Shown: one piece after another, positions 36,688 through 45,549 of the stretch
How positions within the stretch are numbered: the first letter of the stretch is position 1
Layout: each line of letters begins with the position of its first letter
Virus record (IMG/VR): IMGVR_UViG_2917159879_000004
From: a virus
Reading direction: 5' to 3' (one strand)
Length of the DNA: 64,000 nt
Program-made: the position numbers and the translations under genes
The notes under the pieces: model-generated
Database searches by the model: none
Told to the model about the DNA's origin: nothing
Seen by the model: only the letters and a program-made list of their open reading frames with translations

Positions 36688-37934
36688 AGTCCACCCTCCA
36701 CCAGAACCAAACGTCCGTTGGCCAACTGCTGCCCGAGCTGCTCGACGTTGACCACGCTGCCGGACTGGACGGCATTGCTGCGCGAGCTGCCCTGCAGGAG
36801 ATAGTTGACGATCAAGGAGAGCCAGCCTCCGCGTCGGCCAGAGTCGAACACGTAGACCAGAGCATTGGATGATGCATCCAGGAGAACAGCCTGCGGCTGG
36901 GCGAGCGCCTGCGGCAGTTGCCGCAGGTCGGCCAGCGTCAGTCTAGCGAGCGCGTCGTCTACCTCTGGCTCGGCCGGCGCGGCCTTGACCAGTGGCACCA
37001 ATTGCTCGTCGCGCATGCTGATCAACGCGGTCTGTGGCGTGACGCCCGCCCGCTGCATGCCCACGACCGTCTCGGGGCTCAGCGTGCCCACGTTGCGAGC
37101 GCTGCCACGCACCACCGGTTCGGCCACGACCTCATCCAGCCAGCTTGTCCAGGAGCGCTGCAGCGCCTCCTCGACACGCTGCTCGTCCAGCAGTTGCCTG
37201 TTCATGCGTGCCGCCGGTTCGGCCGGCAGCGGCGCGGTCTTCTCCAGGGTCAGCTGCACCTGGTTCTCGAAAGCGGCTCGACCGGGCGCGTAGTTCCAGC
37301 CCGGATCGATGCCCTCCGGCACCTGGACCACCTCGCCGTGGAAAACGATGTTGCGCATGCGGCCAGGCGGTGGTTCGTCTGGTCCCGACTTCCCCATCGC
37401 CTGCAGCTCATCCAGGCTGTAGGCCGTGACGTAGCACTCGCAGCCGAATCCACTGGGCGGATAGTGCGTCTGCCACCAGGGGTTGTCGGCGTGGATCACC
37501 AGGCCGTCCCAGGCCAGGTGCAGCTCACGCGGATGCTCGACGGCATCGCTGTGGTGATAACCCCAGTACGGTCGGGTCGCCTTCACTGCCTGCAGCTGGG
37601 CGTAGCGGCCGGCTGCGTAGCTGGTACGCAGGTTGGTGCGGTAGATCACCTGGGCACGCCAAGCGCGACCGCCGGCCGGCTCCCAGCCGTAGTTGTCCAG
37701 AACGGCGTAGTAGTCCTTCTGGAACTCCTCCAGGGTTAAGCCATCGCGGATCGCCTGACGCACCACGGCATAGAGATCTGCGACCAGGTCCGCACGATGG
37801 GCACCTGCGCTCACAAACGACTGATCGTGGGCGGCGCCGCGCACCGTGGCGTAGTTGACCGAGGGGTTCTTCGCCTCAAAGAAAGCGATCTGCTCGCGAA
37901 ACGAGAGGCTGCCATACGTCGCTGCGGTAGCCAT
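36684..37934 (-). CDS. Mu gpF-like minor head protein
   Basis: IYRTNLRTSYAAGRY and PPSGFGCEC motifs. Confidence 0.88.
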   Translation of the reverse strand: MATAATYGSLSFREQIAFFEAKNPSVNYATVRGAAHDQSFVSAGAHRADLVADLYAVVRQAIRDGLTLEEFQKDYYAVLDNYGWEPAGGRAWRAQVIYRTNLRTSYAAGRYAQLQAVKATRPYWGYHHSDAVEHPRELHLAWDGLVIHADNPWWQTHYPPSGFGCECYVTAYSLDELQAMGKSGPDEPPPGRMRNIVFHGEVVQVPEGIDPGWNYAPGRAAFENQVQLTLEKTAPLPAEPAARMNRQLLDEQRVEEALQRSWTSWLDEVVAEPVVRGSARNVGTLSPETVVGMQRAGVTPQTALISMRDEQLVPLVKAAPAEPEVDDALARLTLADLRQLPQALAQPQAVLLDASSNALVYVFDSGRRGGWLSLIVNYLLQGSSRSNAVQSGSVVNVEQLGQQLANGRLVLVEGGL

Positions 37935-39412
37935 CAGGCACTACCTCGCGCGGCCAGATCGTCCTGGACGTCAGTACGCCCAGCCAGGTTCGCTGCCTGC
38001 AGGCCGACCGCCATGGCGGCCGCGTATTGGTCCAGACTCAGCTCGGGAGCAAGTCGCAGCAGTTGCTCCTGCAGGTCGTCGAGGCTGGTGGCATTGTCGA
38101 CCAGAGCGCGGAGTTGCTCGCTCCAGTCCTTTACCGCCGGCTGCATGACCTTGGCCAACTGGTCCGTCATCGCCGCGGCCGGATCGCTTCCCCCGGCACG
38201 TTCGGCAAACTCGGCGGCAGGTGAGGGGCCAGTTGGCTGACCTTGCTCCTGTTTCTGATCCTGCTCCTGGACCTCAATTCCATAGGTCTCCTGGACGTAA
38301 CCCAAGGTGGGCTTGAAGCCGGAGAACCGCACTACCTTCTCGTCTCGGCTGGCCTTGGCGTCCATGTCCTCGGGTTCTTCGACGACCCGGTAAACGCATG
38401 GCGGCTCAGCGCCGGGGAAGTTCCACTCGGTCAGCCAACGCGCGGGGCCCTGGTTGAAGCTCTCACAGATCAGGTCGGCGTCGGCTTTCACCAGGTCGAG
38501 GCGCACGTCGGCCTGCAGATCGTCGTTGCCCAGGCGGCCGGGAGTGCCCTGGCTCGACGCCACCTGGCCCAGCGTAACCTTGGCGATGGTCTCATCCATG
38601 GTGTCGTGCAGGATCTTGTAGTCGGCCGTGCCAGAGCGCGAGGCCTCCAGCAGTTCCACCAACATGTCCTCCGGCATGATGACACCGGTATCGGTCTGAA
38701 TCGCCTGGGTGGCGGCCAGCAGCTTGGCCTTCTCCTCTGGCGTGGCGTTCTTCCCGAATTTGCCGACGGCCGTGGGCATACCGAACTTGTCCAGGAACGT
38801 GAGCCAGAACTTCAGTCCGTTGCGCTTGAAATACACCGGCCAGTACAGCCAATGGGCCAGTCCGAGGCCATAGGGCTCGTCGTCGTTGTCGGCGCCGGTC
38901 GAGAAGTGCCAGAAGTACGGCGAAGGGCACGGCTCACCCTCGAACATGTTGCTCGGCGTCAGCAAGCGCAGGCCACCCTGCAGGTCGTAACGGAAGCGGC
39001 GGCGGTTGCGCACCTTGACCGCCTGCAGGGTGATGTAGCGGTCGTCGCGGCCGTAGATGAGTTCGGACACGGCGTGGCCGTAGTACACCCCATAGAGCAT
39101 GCCGTTGGTGATCCGGTCCCAGCCAACGTTCTGTAGCTGCTGCTTCAGGTGCTCAGCTGCGGCCTTGTCGATCCGGCGGTCGCCGCCGGCATCGACCTGC
39201 CATTCCTTGCTGACGACGGCCAACTGCCGCTGGCCCCAGGTCGCCTTGACCTGGGCGTCGCGCAGCACTTCCTCATAGATGCGCAGGTCGTTGCCGCCCC
39301 GGCGCTGCAGGATGTAGTCGCTCGGTTGCTGCAGGCCGGAGAGGAATGGACGGGTGATATCGCGGCCGTCGCCCGTGGTGGCGATCTCTTGGCCGAGCTT
39401 GGGCGGGTGCAT
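37934..39412 (-). CDS. Portal protein (DUF935)
   Basis: PYGLGL and FLDKFGMPTAVGK motifs. Confidence 0.9.
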   Translation of the reverse strand: MHPPKLGQEIATTGDGRDITRPFLSGLQQPSDYILQRRGGNDLRIYEEVLRDAQVKATWGQRQLAVVSKEWQVDAGGDRRIDKAAAEHLKQQLQNVGWDRITNGMLYGVYYGHAVSELIYGRDDRYITLQAVKVRNRRRFRYDLQGGLRLLTPSNMFEGEPCPSPYFWHFSTGADNDDEPYGLGLAHWLYWPVYFKRNGLKFWLTFLDKFGMPTAVGKFGKNATPEEKAKLLAATQAIQTDTGVIMPEDMLVELLEASRSGTADYKILHDTMDETIAKVTLGQVASSQGTPGRLGNDDLQADVRLDLVKADADLICESFNQGPARWLTEWNFPGAEPPCVYRVVEEPEDMDAKASRDEKVVRFSGFKPTLGYVQETYGIEVQEQDQKQEQGQPTGPSPAAEFAERAGGSDPAAAMTDQLAKVMQPAVKDWSEQLRALVDNATSLDDLQEQLLRLAPELSLDQYAAAMAVGLQAANLAGRTDVQDDLAARGSA

Positions 39413-41115
39413 CAGTAGCCTCCGAGGTCGGTGCGGCCGGCGACGGTGCCCCAGCCGCGGTTGGTGGTGTTACGGGTACCGGCAAGGTCTTGTTGTGCGG
39501 AGGCCCGGCGCCCAGCCGACTGGCACTCGATAGGCTGCTTGCGGCCAGCCATGTAGCTTGCTCGCACGGCCATGACCAGGCTCACGGCGCTGTCGCCATG
39601 ACGCTTTGCCTTACCGCCCGCCGACTCCAGATCAGCCTTGCGGCCTTTGTCGATCACTGGAATGCCGTTCTCGACCTTGATCGAGAGAAGATCGTCCAGC
39701 GTGCTTTGGTGCCTGGACAGCTCGATGTTGAAGGCCTCGAACTCCCCTTTGAGCTTGGGCATCCACTCGGCGTACCAGGCAAGGTTGAGGCTGACCTGCT
39801 CGACCACCGCAGGGCCATACCGCAGCGCCGCCTGTTCCGCGAGGTATCCGCCGTTGCCGGTGGCATCGAAGGCCATGCCCACGACACGCGGCAGGCGATC
39901 GCAGATGAAGAACATGATGTCGCGCTGCGCTTCGTAGGTCAGGTTGCGCAGCTCGACTCGGAACGCCTCCCGCTTGCGCAGGGTCGGCGAAATCTGCAGC
40001 GGGGTGAACACGGTCAGGTCGCCGCGGCGCGCGAAGTCTTCGCCGAAGCTGTGGGTGTTCTCCGGGTCCAGCCTGGCCAGCTCTGGCAGAAGGTTTTCTT
40101 CGCACCAGGTGCGGATCTCGTCTTCCCGCATCTGTGGTGTCCAGCCTTCGAAACCTTCCGGCGCCTCGTACCGGTAGATACGGATCGAATGGTCCTGGAC
40201 CATCGCCTGCTCGATGAGCACGCGAGAGAGGTAGGCGCCACCGGACTTCTTCGGGATACAGCCGTATTCCTCGTCGGCGGACTCGGTATTGGGGGCGTTC
40301 TTGTACAGCCCATCGCGCCATGCCTTCTCGGCCTCGGGCGACCACTCCTGGCCGGTGACAAAGCAGATTCGCTTGTACAGCCCTTCGGCGATCGCATCAT
40401 CCAGGGTGATGCGGTGAACGCTGTAATCCTTGCGGCCCTCGCGGGCATCCTGGATGTACTGGTTGAACGGGTTGTCGACACCGTTGTGGGTGCTGATCAG
40501 GCGGACCTTGTTACCCCACATCGTGAGCGCCAGGGCGGCCTTCAGCAGTTCCTCCAGGGACTCGTGGAACGCCGCCTCGTCGATCACCACATCACCCTGC
40601 AGGCCGCGCAGGTTGCTCGGCCGGCTGCTCAGGGCCTGGATCTTCCGCCCCGACTTCGGGAAGCGGATCATGTAGGTCAGGATCTCTTCCTTCTTCCCTT
40701 CGTCCCAGAAGGTCTGCTCGTAGACGTCAGCCTCGGCCAGCTCGTTGAAGGCGCGGGCGAACAACGCGCAGGCGGCGATGTACTCCAGCGCCATCTCCTG
40801 CTTGCTGCCGACGTAGAAGGTGTTGCAGCCACCTCGGCGCCGCGGCTTGGCGGCATTGATCACGTTGCGCCCGGCTTCGGCCCAGGTCAGGCCGGTGCGG
40901 CGAGACTTCTCCGCGATCATGATCGGACTCTCGTCCTCGAACCAGCGCTGCTGGTAGCCCAAGAAGACGGCGTCGTTGGAGGGAATCGCCTCGGATATCT
41001 CCTGCGGCACGTCGACGCCATGCAACGCCATCTCCTCGGCCAGGTCGATCTTGCGCGGCGCGCTGGTGGCCTTGAGCTTGGAGCCCAGGTTATCGGACGT
41101 TGCGTGCATGGCCAT
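39412..41115 (-). CDS. terL: Terminase large subunit (Mu gp28-like)
   Basis: EKSRRTGLTW, VVIDEAAF, DFARRGD, DATGNG and HGD motifs. Confidence 0.92.
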   Translation of the reverse strand: MAMHATSDNLGSKLKATSAPRKIDLAEEMALHGVDVPQEISEAIPSNDAVFLGYQQRWFEDESPIMIAEKSRRTGLTWAEAGRNVINAAKPRRRGGCNTFYVGSKQEMALEYIAACALFARAFNELAEADVYEQTFWDEGKKEEILTYMIRFPKSGRKIQALSSRPSNLRGLQGDVVIDEAAFHESLEELLKAALALTMWGNKVRLISTHNGVDNPFNQYIQDAREGRKDYSVHRITLDDAIAEGLYKRICFVTGQEWSPEAEKAWRDGLYKNAPNTESADEEYGCIPKKSGGAYLSRVLIEQAMVQDHSIRIYRYEAPEGFEGWTPQMREDEIRTWCEENLLPELARLDPENTHSFGEDFARRGDLTVFTPLQISPTLRKREAFRVELRNLTYEAQRDIMFFICDRLPRVVGMAFDATGNGGYLAEQAALRYGPAVVEQVSLNLAWYAEWMPKLKGEFEAFNIELSRHQSTLDDLLSIKVENGIPVIDKGRKADLESAGGKAKRHGDSAVSLVMAVRASYMAGRKQPIECQSAGRRASAQQDLAGTRNTTNRGWGTVAGRTDLGGY

Positions 41116-41116
41116 G

Positions 41117-41692
41117 TCAGGCTTTCCCCAGCAGGATGTCGCGGATACGTTGTTCGAGCTGCTCGCTCATGCCATCGCTGCCACGCATCTCTTCCAGGCG
41201 CTGCTCCTGTTCCTGGAGCTGTTTCTCGCGGCCCCGCTGCTCAGCCTCTGCCTGGAACTTCTTCAGCGTGACGCTGGAGCGCGTCAGCGTCGCGATGTTC
41301 TTTGCCGCAGACGCCAGCAGTCCGACACGATCGGCCGGGTCCATCTCTTCATCACCAGCCTCCTGCAGGGAGATGATCGACTCGAACAGCTCGGACTGGA
41401 TCATCGCCGTCAGCGCCTCGCTGCGTGCGTCCAGGTCGTCGCCGGCCTGGGCACGGATCAGCTTGGCCGCCTCGGTGCTGGCACGAATTGCCGCCAGCCG
41501 CCGCTCCAGTTTCTGGCCGTAGCGATGCACGGCTGCACGGCTGGGCAGTTCGCCGGCCTCGGCCTGGCTCGGGAACTGCGCCTGCAGGTCCGCGATCAGC
41601 TCGTCCAGGGTCATCCGGCCATCGGCCAGGCGCCCCTCGATGTAGGCCCGGACCTGGTCCGGTAGCCGGGAGATCGATGATTTCCGCCCCAT
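41117..41692 (-). CDS. Terminase small subunit (Mu gp27/DUF3486-like)
   Basis: MGRKSSISRLP...SRAAVHRYG motif. Confidence 0.82.
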   Translation of the reverse strand: MGRKSSISRLPDQVRAYIEGRLADGRMTLDELIADLQAQFPSQAEAGELPSRAAVHRYGQKLERRLAAIRASTEAAKLIRAQAGDDLDARSEALTAMIQSELFESIISLQEAGDEEMDPADRVGLLASAAKNIATLTRSSVTLKKFQAEAEQRGREKQLQEQEQRLEEMRGSDGMSEQLEQRIRDILLGKA

Positions 41693-41697
41693 GGTCG

Positions 41698-42006
41698 TCA
41701 CCAGTACTTCTTGGGGCGAGCGATGCCGGGTTCGCAGTCGATGGTGTACTCGGCGACGTCGGTGCCGTACCGGGTCAAATCGGCGAACCACTTGCCGGAC
41801 GGTTCCTTGACCAGGGTGACCAAGTCACGGTCGGCCAGGTAGTCCAACTCGCGACGGATTTCCAGCGGTGTGGCGTCGGGGTATTCGCTCTGTGCGACCG
41901 AGAGGACCGGCCCCTCGTAGGCGCCCACCGGTCGAGCGTTGTTCAGGGTCAGCAGAATCAGCCAGCGCAGGGATTCCCGGCGAATCTTGGCCATATCAGT
42001 TTGCAT
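41698..42006 (-). CDS. Mu gp26-like winged-helix protein
   Basis: RRELDYLADRDLV...LTRYGTDVAE...PGIARP. Confidence 0.75.
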   Translation of the reverse strand: MQTDMAKIRRESLRWLILLTLNNARPVGAYEGPVLSVAQSEYPDATPLEIRRELDYLADRDLVTLVKEPSGKWFADLTRYGTDVAEYTIDCEPGIARPKKYW

Positions 42007-42385
42007 GGTTAGCTCCTACCAAGCCGCGCAGCTGCGCGTTTTCCAGTTTCGTGGCCAGGCTGTCGAGCTTCATCTCGATCACGCTCTGGCCACGGATGTA
42101 GTCGTCGCGAAGCACGTACTGGAACGGAAGCTCGGCCTTCAGGCTCATCAGCTCCCGCTCAACGCGCTGCCACTGGTTGGTTTCTTCCCGCGCGGCCTGC
42201 TCGATGGCGTCCAGCCGGTAGGAGAGTTGTTCATGGTTCGCCAGGCGTGCCTGGTCTTGGCTTGCGAACCTCGCATCCAGGCTCTTCTGTATCTGGTTGA
42301 GCAGCAGCTTGCCGCCGCCCGCGCAGGCCCCGAGGAAGGTCAGCAGCAGAGTGATCAACTGCCACAGTTCCAGCTCGACCTTCAT
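41996..42385 (-). CDS. Mu gp25-like membrane-anchored coiled-coil protein
   Basis: N-terminal TM; LPFQYVLRDDY motif; position. Confidence 0.7.
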   Translation of the reverse strand: MKVELELWQLITLLLTFLGACAGGGKLLLNQIQKSLDARFASQDQARLANHEQLSYRLDAIEQAAREETNQWQRVERELMSLKAELPFQYVLRDDYIRGQSVIEMKLDSLATKLENAQLRGLVGANHAN

Positions 42386-42690
42386 TCCCTATTCCCCTTG
42401 TTCCAGTAGTGCGTTGAGCTGAGCGAGATTGCGAAGAGACCAGGCCCCGTAGTCCTGGGCAAAGGCCAGGATGTCCGCCGGAGTGACGCCGCTTTCCAGT
42501 AGCTCGGCGTCAGAACCGGCGGCGGGCCAGGTCGCTGCTTGAGTGCCGGCGGAAGCGGTGCGCGCTCCTGTGGCGGGCAAACTGGCGCCGAGGGCGGTGT
42601 TGAAGTCGCGCACCCAGCCGCGAGTGAAGACACAGCGAGGGATAGCAGTAGGCGCAGCACCAGGTGCCGCTCGGTAGGCGGTCGATACAT
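42382..42690 (-). CDS. Rz1: o-spanin (Rz1-like lipoprotein; start uncertain)
   Basis: LAAGC lipobox; Pro-rich; embedded in the Rz gene. Confidence 0.65.
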   Translation of the reverse strand: MYRPPTERHLVLRLLLSLAVSSLAAGCATSTPPSAPVCPPQERAPLPPALKQRPGPPPVLTPSYWKAASLRRTSWPLPRTTGPGLFAISLSSTHYWNKGNRE

Positions 42691-43000
42691 GGGCGATTCG
42701 CTCCTGGAGTTGGTGTCGGGTGTCGGTCAGTTGCTGCTGTACCTGCAGCAGTTGCTCCTCGGCCTGGTTGGCGCGCGCGACCTGCTGCTTGTACTGGACC
42801 AGGGCGTCCTGAAGGGCCTGGGCGCGTTCGTTGGTGTGCTGCAGCTGCAGGTTGAGCAGCGCAGCGTCACCCTCGGCGCGGCCGGTGGCGTACCCACGGT
42901 CGTAGCTTGCGGAGCCGTGGATCACTACGGCTGCGCCGCACAGCACCGCGCTCAGCACGAGCCAGAACGTACTGGTGCGTAGGAGACTAAGGATGCCCAT
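42389..43000 (-). CDS. Rz: i-spanin (Rz-like)
   Basis: N-terminal TM plus Gln-rich coiled coil. Confidence 0.72.
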   Translation of the reverse strand: MGILSLLRTSTFWLVLSAVLCGAAVVIHGSASYDRGYATGRAEGDAALLNLQLQHTNERAQALQDALVQYKQQVARANQAEEQLLQVQQQLTDTRHQLQERIAHVSTAYRAAPGAAPTAIPRCVFTRGWVRDFNTALGASLPATGARTASAGTQAATWPAAGSDAELLESGVTPADILAFAQDYGAWSLRNLAQLNALLEQGE

Positions 43001-43241
43001 GGCGCCCCCTTTGCCGACGGTACTTGCGGGCCTTGCGTTTTGCCCGAGCCACACCGGACTTACCGCGCCGCTCGCGCGGCACTGGCGAGCAATACAGCTC
43101 AGGTGCCGGTAGGAAGTCGCGACTGCCTGCGAACAGCCGCCGAATGACCGCTAGGTCTAGGTAGGTAACGTTCAGAGCCAAGGTGATGCTGGAGGACAGT
43201 CTCACAGGGTGTACCTCTCTCCGCACACACCGTCGCCCCAC
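42987..43241 (-). CDS. Small basic protein between endolysin and spanin (start uncertain)
   Basis: Fills the gap; GKSGVARAKRKARK basic tail. Confidence 0.45.
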   Translation of the reverse strand: MGRRCVRREVHPVRLSSSITLALNVTYLDLAVIRRLFAGSRDFLPAPELYCSPVPRERRGKSGVARAKRKARKYRRQRGRHGHP

Positions 43242-43831
43242 TGCAGATAGATCCGCTCGTAGCGCAGCAGGATGAGGCGCGGGTAGTTGCGGTTCTCGCG
43301 GAAGTTGGCGGCCGAGCGCCCGGCGTTGAAGCGCTCGACGGAGTCGAACCAGGCCAGCTGGTCGGCGCCGGATGCCGAGGCCAGCCTACGGTCGCGATTT
43401 ACCCACCCCTGGCCGCCGTTGTAAGCGGACAGTACAAATGCCCAGCGGTCACACTCGCTGGAGGCCTGGTTTCGGTCGTAGAGCCAGCGGTCGTATGTGA
43501 CCAGCGCGCGCAGCGCCCAGCCAGGATTGAACGGCTGATTGGTGCCGAGGGCGGCCGGATACAGGCCGGCGATCCACTCCGCGGTTCCGGGCATGAACTG
43601 CGCCAGGCCCTGGGCACCAACCGGCGAGCGAGCATCAGCACGCCAACGGCTTTCTTGGTGAACCTGTGCGGCAAAGGTGGCGATCGGCGCCGACAGGCCC
43701 CATTCGGCATGGGCGCTGCGCACCAGGGTGCGCCGGTATTGCTCGGCGGCAGTGGGGATGCGATCCGTCGCGAAGGCCGGCTGGCAGGCGGTCAGCAGGC
43801 CCAGCAGGCCGAGGGTGAGCAGGCGCTTCAT
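43202..43831 (-). CDS. Endolysin, SLT lytic transglycosylase with lipoprotein-like signal
   Basis: QES, GAQGLAQFMP and AYNGG motifs; MKRLLTLGLLGLLTAC N-terminus. Confidence 0.88.
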   Translation of the reverse strand: MKRLLTLGLLGLLTACQPAFATDRIPTAAEQYRRTLVRSAHAEWGLSAPIATFAAQVHQESRWRADARSPVGAQGLAQFMPGTAEWIAGLYPAALGTNQPFNPGWALRALVTYDRWLYDRNQASSECDRWAFVLSAYNGGQGWVNRDRRLASASGADQLAWFDSVERFNAGRSAANFRENRNYPRLILLRYERIYLQWGDGVCGERYTL

Positions 43832-43986
43832 CCGAAGAAGCCTCCCCACCACACCAGGGCCGTCATCGCGATCACGTCGAACACGCGCTGCTTGAAGCTG
43901 ATCACGTTGGTGAGGCCATCGCACGCATAGGACGTAACCAGGACCACAGAGGCCAGCACGATCCAGATGATCTGCGGGGCGCCCAT
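43828..43986 (-). CDS. Small 2-TM membrane protein
   Basis: MGAPQIIWIVL...WWGGFFG, 52 aa; ATGA-coupled to the endolysin. Confidence 0.65.
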   Translation of the reverse strand: MGAPQIIWIVLASVVLVTSYACDGLTNVISFKQRVFDVIAMTALVWWGGFFG

Positions 43987-43988
43987 GG

Positions 43989-44285
43989 TCAGAGCCCCAG
44001 CGTCAGGCCGAGGATACAGGCCAGCACGATCAGCCCACGGCGCAGCCAGGCACCCACGACCACCAGGTTGGCCGAGCATTCGTGCGGGCGGGCCACATAC
44101 GGAAACAAGCTGCGGTCGATCCAGTAGCCGGCCACTGCGCCCAGCGTCACTAGGACCAGCTTATAGGCGACGACCTGGAGCTGCTCCGGGCGAATGGCGG
44201 CGAGGATGATCAGCAGGACGAGGGTGACCAGCGTCCAGCTGGTCATACGCGGCGCGCGGCGGCGCCGGGGTTGCGGCGATGACAT
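43989..44285 (-). CDS. Putative holin
   Basis: AGYWIDRSLFPY..RP...RRGLIV motif; first gene of the lysis operon; GGAG RBS. Confidence 0.78.
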   Translation of the reverse strand: MSSPQPRRRRAPRMTSWTLVTLVLLIILAAIRPEQLQVVAYKLVLVTLGAVAGYWIDRSLFPYVARPHECSANLVVVGAWLRRGLIVLACILGLTLGL

Positions 44286-44356
44286 GACGATGCTCCCGAT
44301 GGGGTGGCCATCCCTGGCCAACTGATGGGCATCCTGCTCCTGCAGGACGCCCGGAC

Positions 44357-44393
44357 ATCATCGTCACGCGCGCGCGAAGGCTCTTTTTGGGTA
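44357..44393 (-). promoter_or_regulatory. Putative late promoter for the lysis/packaging operon
   Basis: AAAGA-N19-GATGAT with TT(CG)5TGAC, resembling 29722-29760. Confidence 0.5.
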
Positions 44394-44458
44394 CCGAACA
44401 ATCAATCGATAGGGCGACGGATCAGCATTGGATCTCCATCACCGAGGAGACCACTATC

Positions 44459-44557
44459 ATGTCCAGGCATGAAGACCTGCTGTTGCAACTCATCCAGCGT
44501 GACCCCGACAAGATCAGGAGCATCCTGGGGCTGCCCCTCCCCATAGAGAACCTGTGA
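44459..44557 (+). CDS. Small ORF, 32 aa (MSRHEDLLLQLIQRDPDKIRSILGLPLPIENL)
   Basis: GAGGAG RBS shortly upstream of ATG 44459; occupies an otherwise empty intergenic gap. Confidence 0.45.
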   Translation: MSRHEDLLLQLIQRDPDKIRSILGLPLPIENL

Positions 44558-44581
44558 GGCCCCTAATGAAACGACGAAAAA

Positions 44582-45025
44582 TCATTCGGAACGGCTACCG
44601 GGATCGTCGGGATCGGGAGCTTTTCGAGGCTGTAGTTTCGAGAACAGCTGCAGAATGTCTTGAGCAATCTCGTCTTCGGTTGCTTGCGAGTGCCATTTGT
44701 CTAAAGCGTCTAGCCGATCAGGTCCAGCATCTTTCCCTAGAAGTGTCCGAAGTGCCAAAACAGATGCTGGATCAACTCCGTTATCAGTTAGCCCCAGAAC
44801 ACTCTGCAGGAAAGCTTTGACCAGTCCGCCGCAAGCTGGCTGCTCCGCGTGTTCAGCATATGGCACAAGCACAGCAAGCAATGACTTGGTGCGTTCGCCT
44901 GGCTCGGGATCAAGCTCAACCAGACGAGCCGCTAAGGTCATCGAGATATGACGTAGCGCGGTGACTTCACACTTTAGTACTTCCACATCGGCATAAAGCT
45001 GAACCAGCTTTTCCTGATCGATCAT
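44582..45025 (-). CDS. Accessory helical protein, third gene of the repressor operon
   Basis: Starts 4 nt after the lipoprotein stop; AT-richer than flanks. Confidence 0.7.
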   Translation of the reverse strand: MIDQEKLVQLYADVEVLKCEVTALRHISMTLAARLVELDPEPGERTKSLLAVLVPYAEHAEQPACGGLVKAFLQSVLGLTDNGVDPASVLALRTLLGKDAGPDRLDALDKWHSQATEDEIAQDILQLFSKLQPRKAPDPDDPGSRSE

Positions 45026-45029
45026 CTCG

Positions 45030-45533
45030 TCATTGCCCCGTGATTTCCCGATACCGCCGCTGGTACTCCTCGTAGGGCAACTGCATGCGATTCAGCTCGT
45101 CGAGCTGGGCGTCGACAGAACGGGCAGAAGCTGATACGGGTGCGCCTGGGGCATAGGCGCGTGGTGGCGCGTACGGCTGCTGAGCTGGGGCCTCAGCCTC
45201 ATAGGCATAGGTGCAGCCACGCTGCATCTTGGCACCTGCCAACTGGGTCAGGCGCTGATTGGCACTGTCGACCGCTGCGTCCTTCTCCATCAGGTTGCCG
45301 ATCCCGAAGTCGCCCAGGAAAGACAGCACCGAGCGCCCGTCGAACTCGCTCTCCTCACGCACGTGGGTCAGGAATCCCTGAACCTTGGCCTGTTCCAGGT
45401 CAATCTCGCGGCAGCTCATGGTCTGCCGTTCGAAGTCAGTCAGTTCCGGCTGTCGGCCATAGTTTTTCGTGGAGCATCCGGCCACCGATAGGCTGACCAG
45501 CATCACTGCCCCAAGCAGTACTTTGAAGTCCAT
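45030..45533 (-). CDS. Lipoprotein (superinfection-exclusion candidate)
   Basis: MDFKVLLGAVMLVSLSVAGC lipobox; AAGGA RBS; directly downstream of the repressor. Confidence 0.78.
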   Translation of the reverse strand: MDFKVLLGAVMLVSLSVAGCSTKNYGRQPELTDFERQTMSCREIDLEQAKVQGFLTHVREESEFDGRSVLSFLGDFGIGNLMEKDAAVDSANQRLTQLAGAKMQRGCTYAYEAEAPAQQPYAPPRAYAPGAPVSASARSVDAQLDELNRMQLPYEEYQRRYREITGQ

Positions 45534-45549
45534 TCCTTCCCCCTATTCA

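Noticed and set aside
39490..41271. 593-aa plus-strand ORF
   Set aside because: Antisense shadow of terL.
44566..44820. 84-aa plus-strand ORF as a stand-alone gene
   Set aside because: Almost entirely antisense to the better-supported 147-aa gene; kept only as a note in the 32-aa ORF finding.
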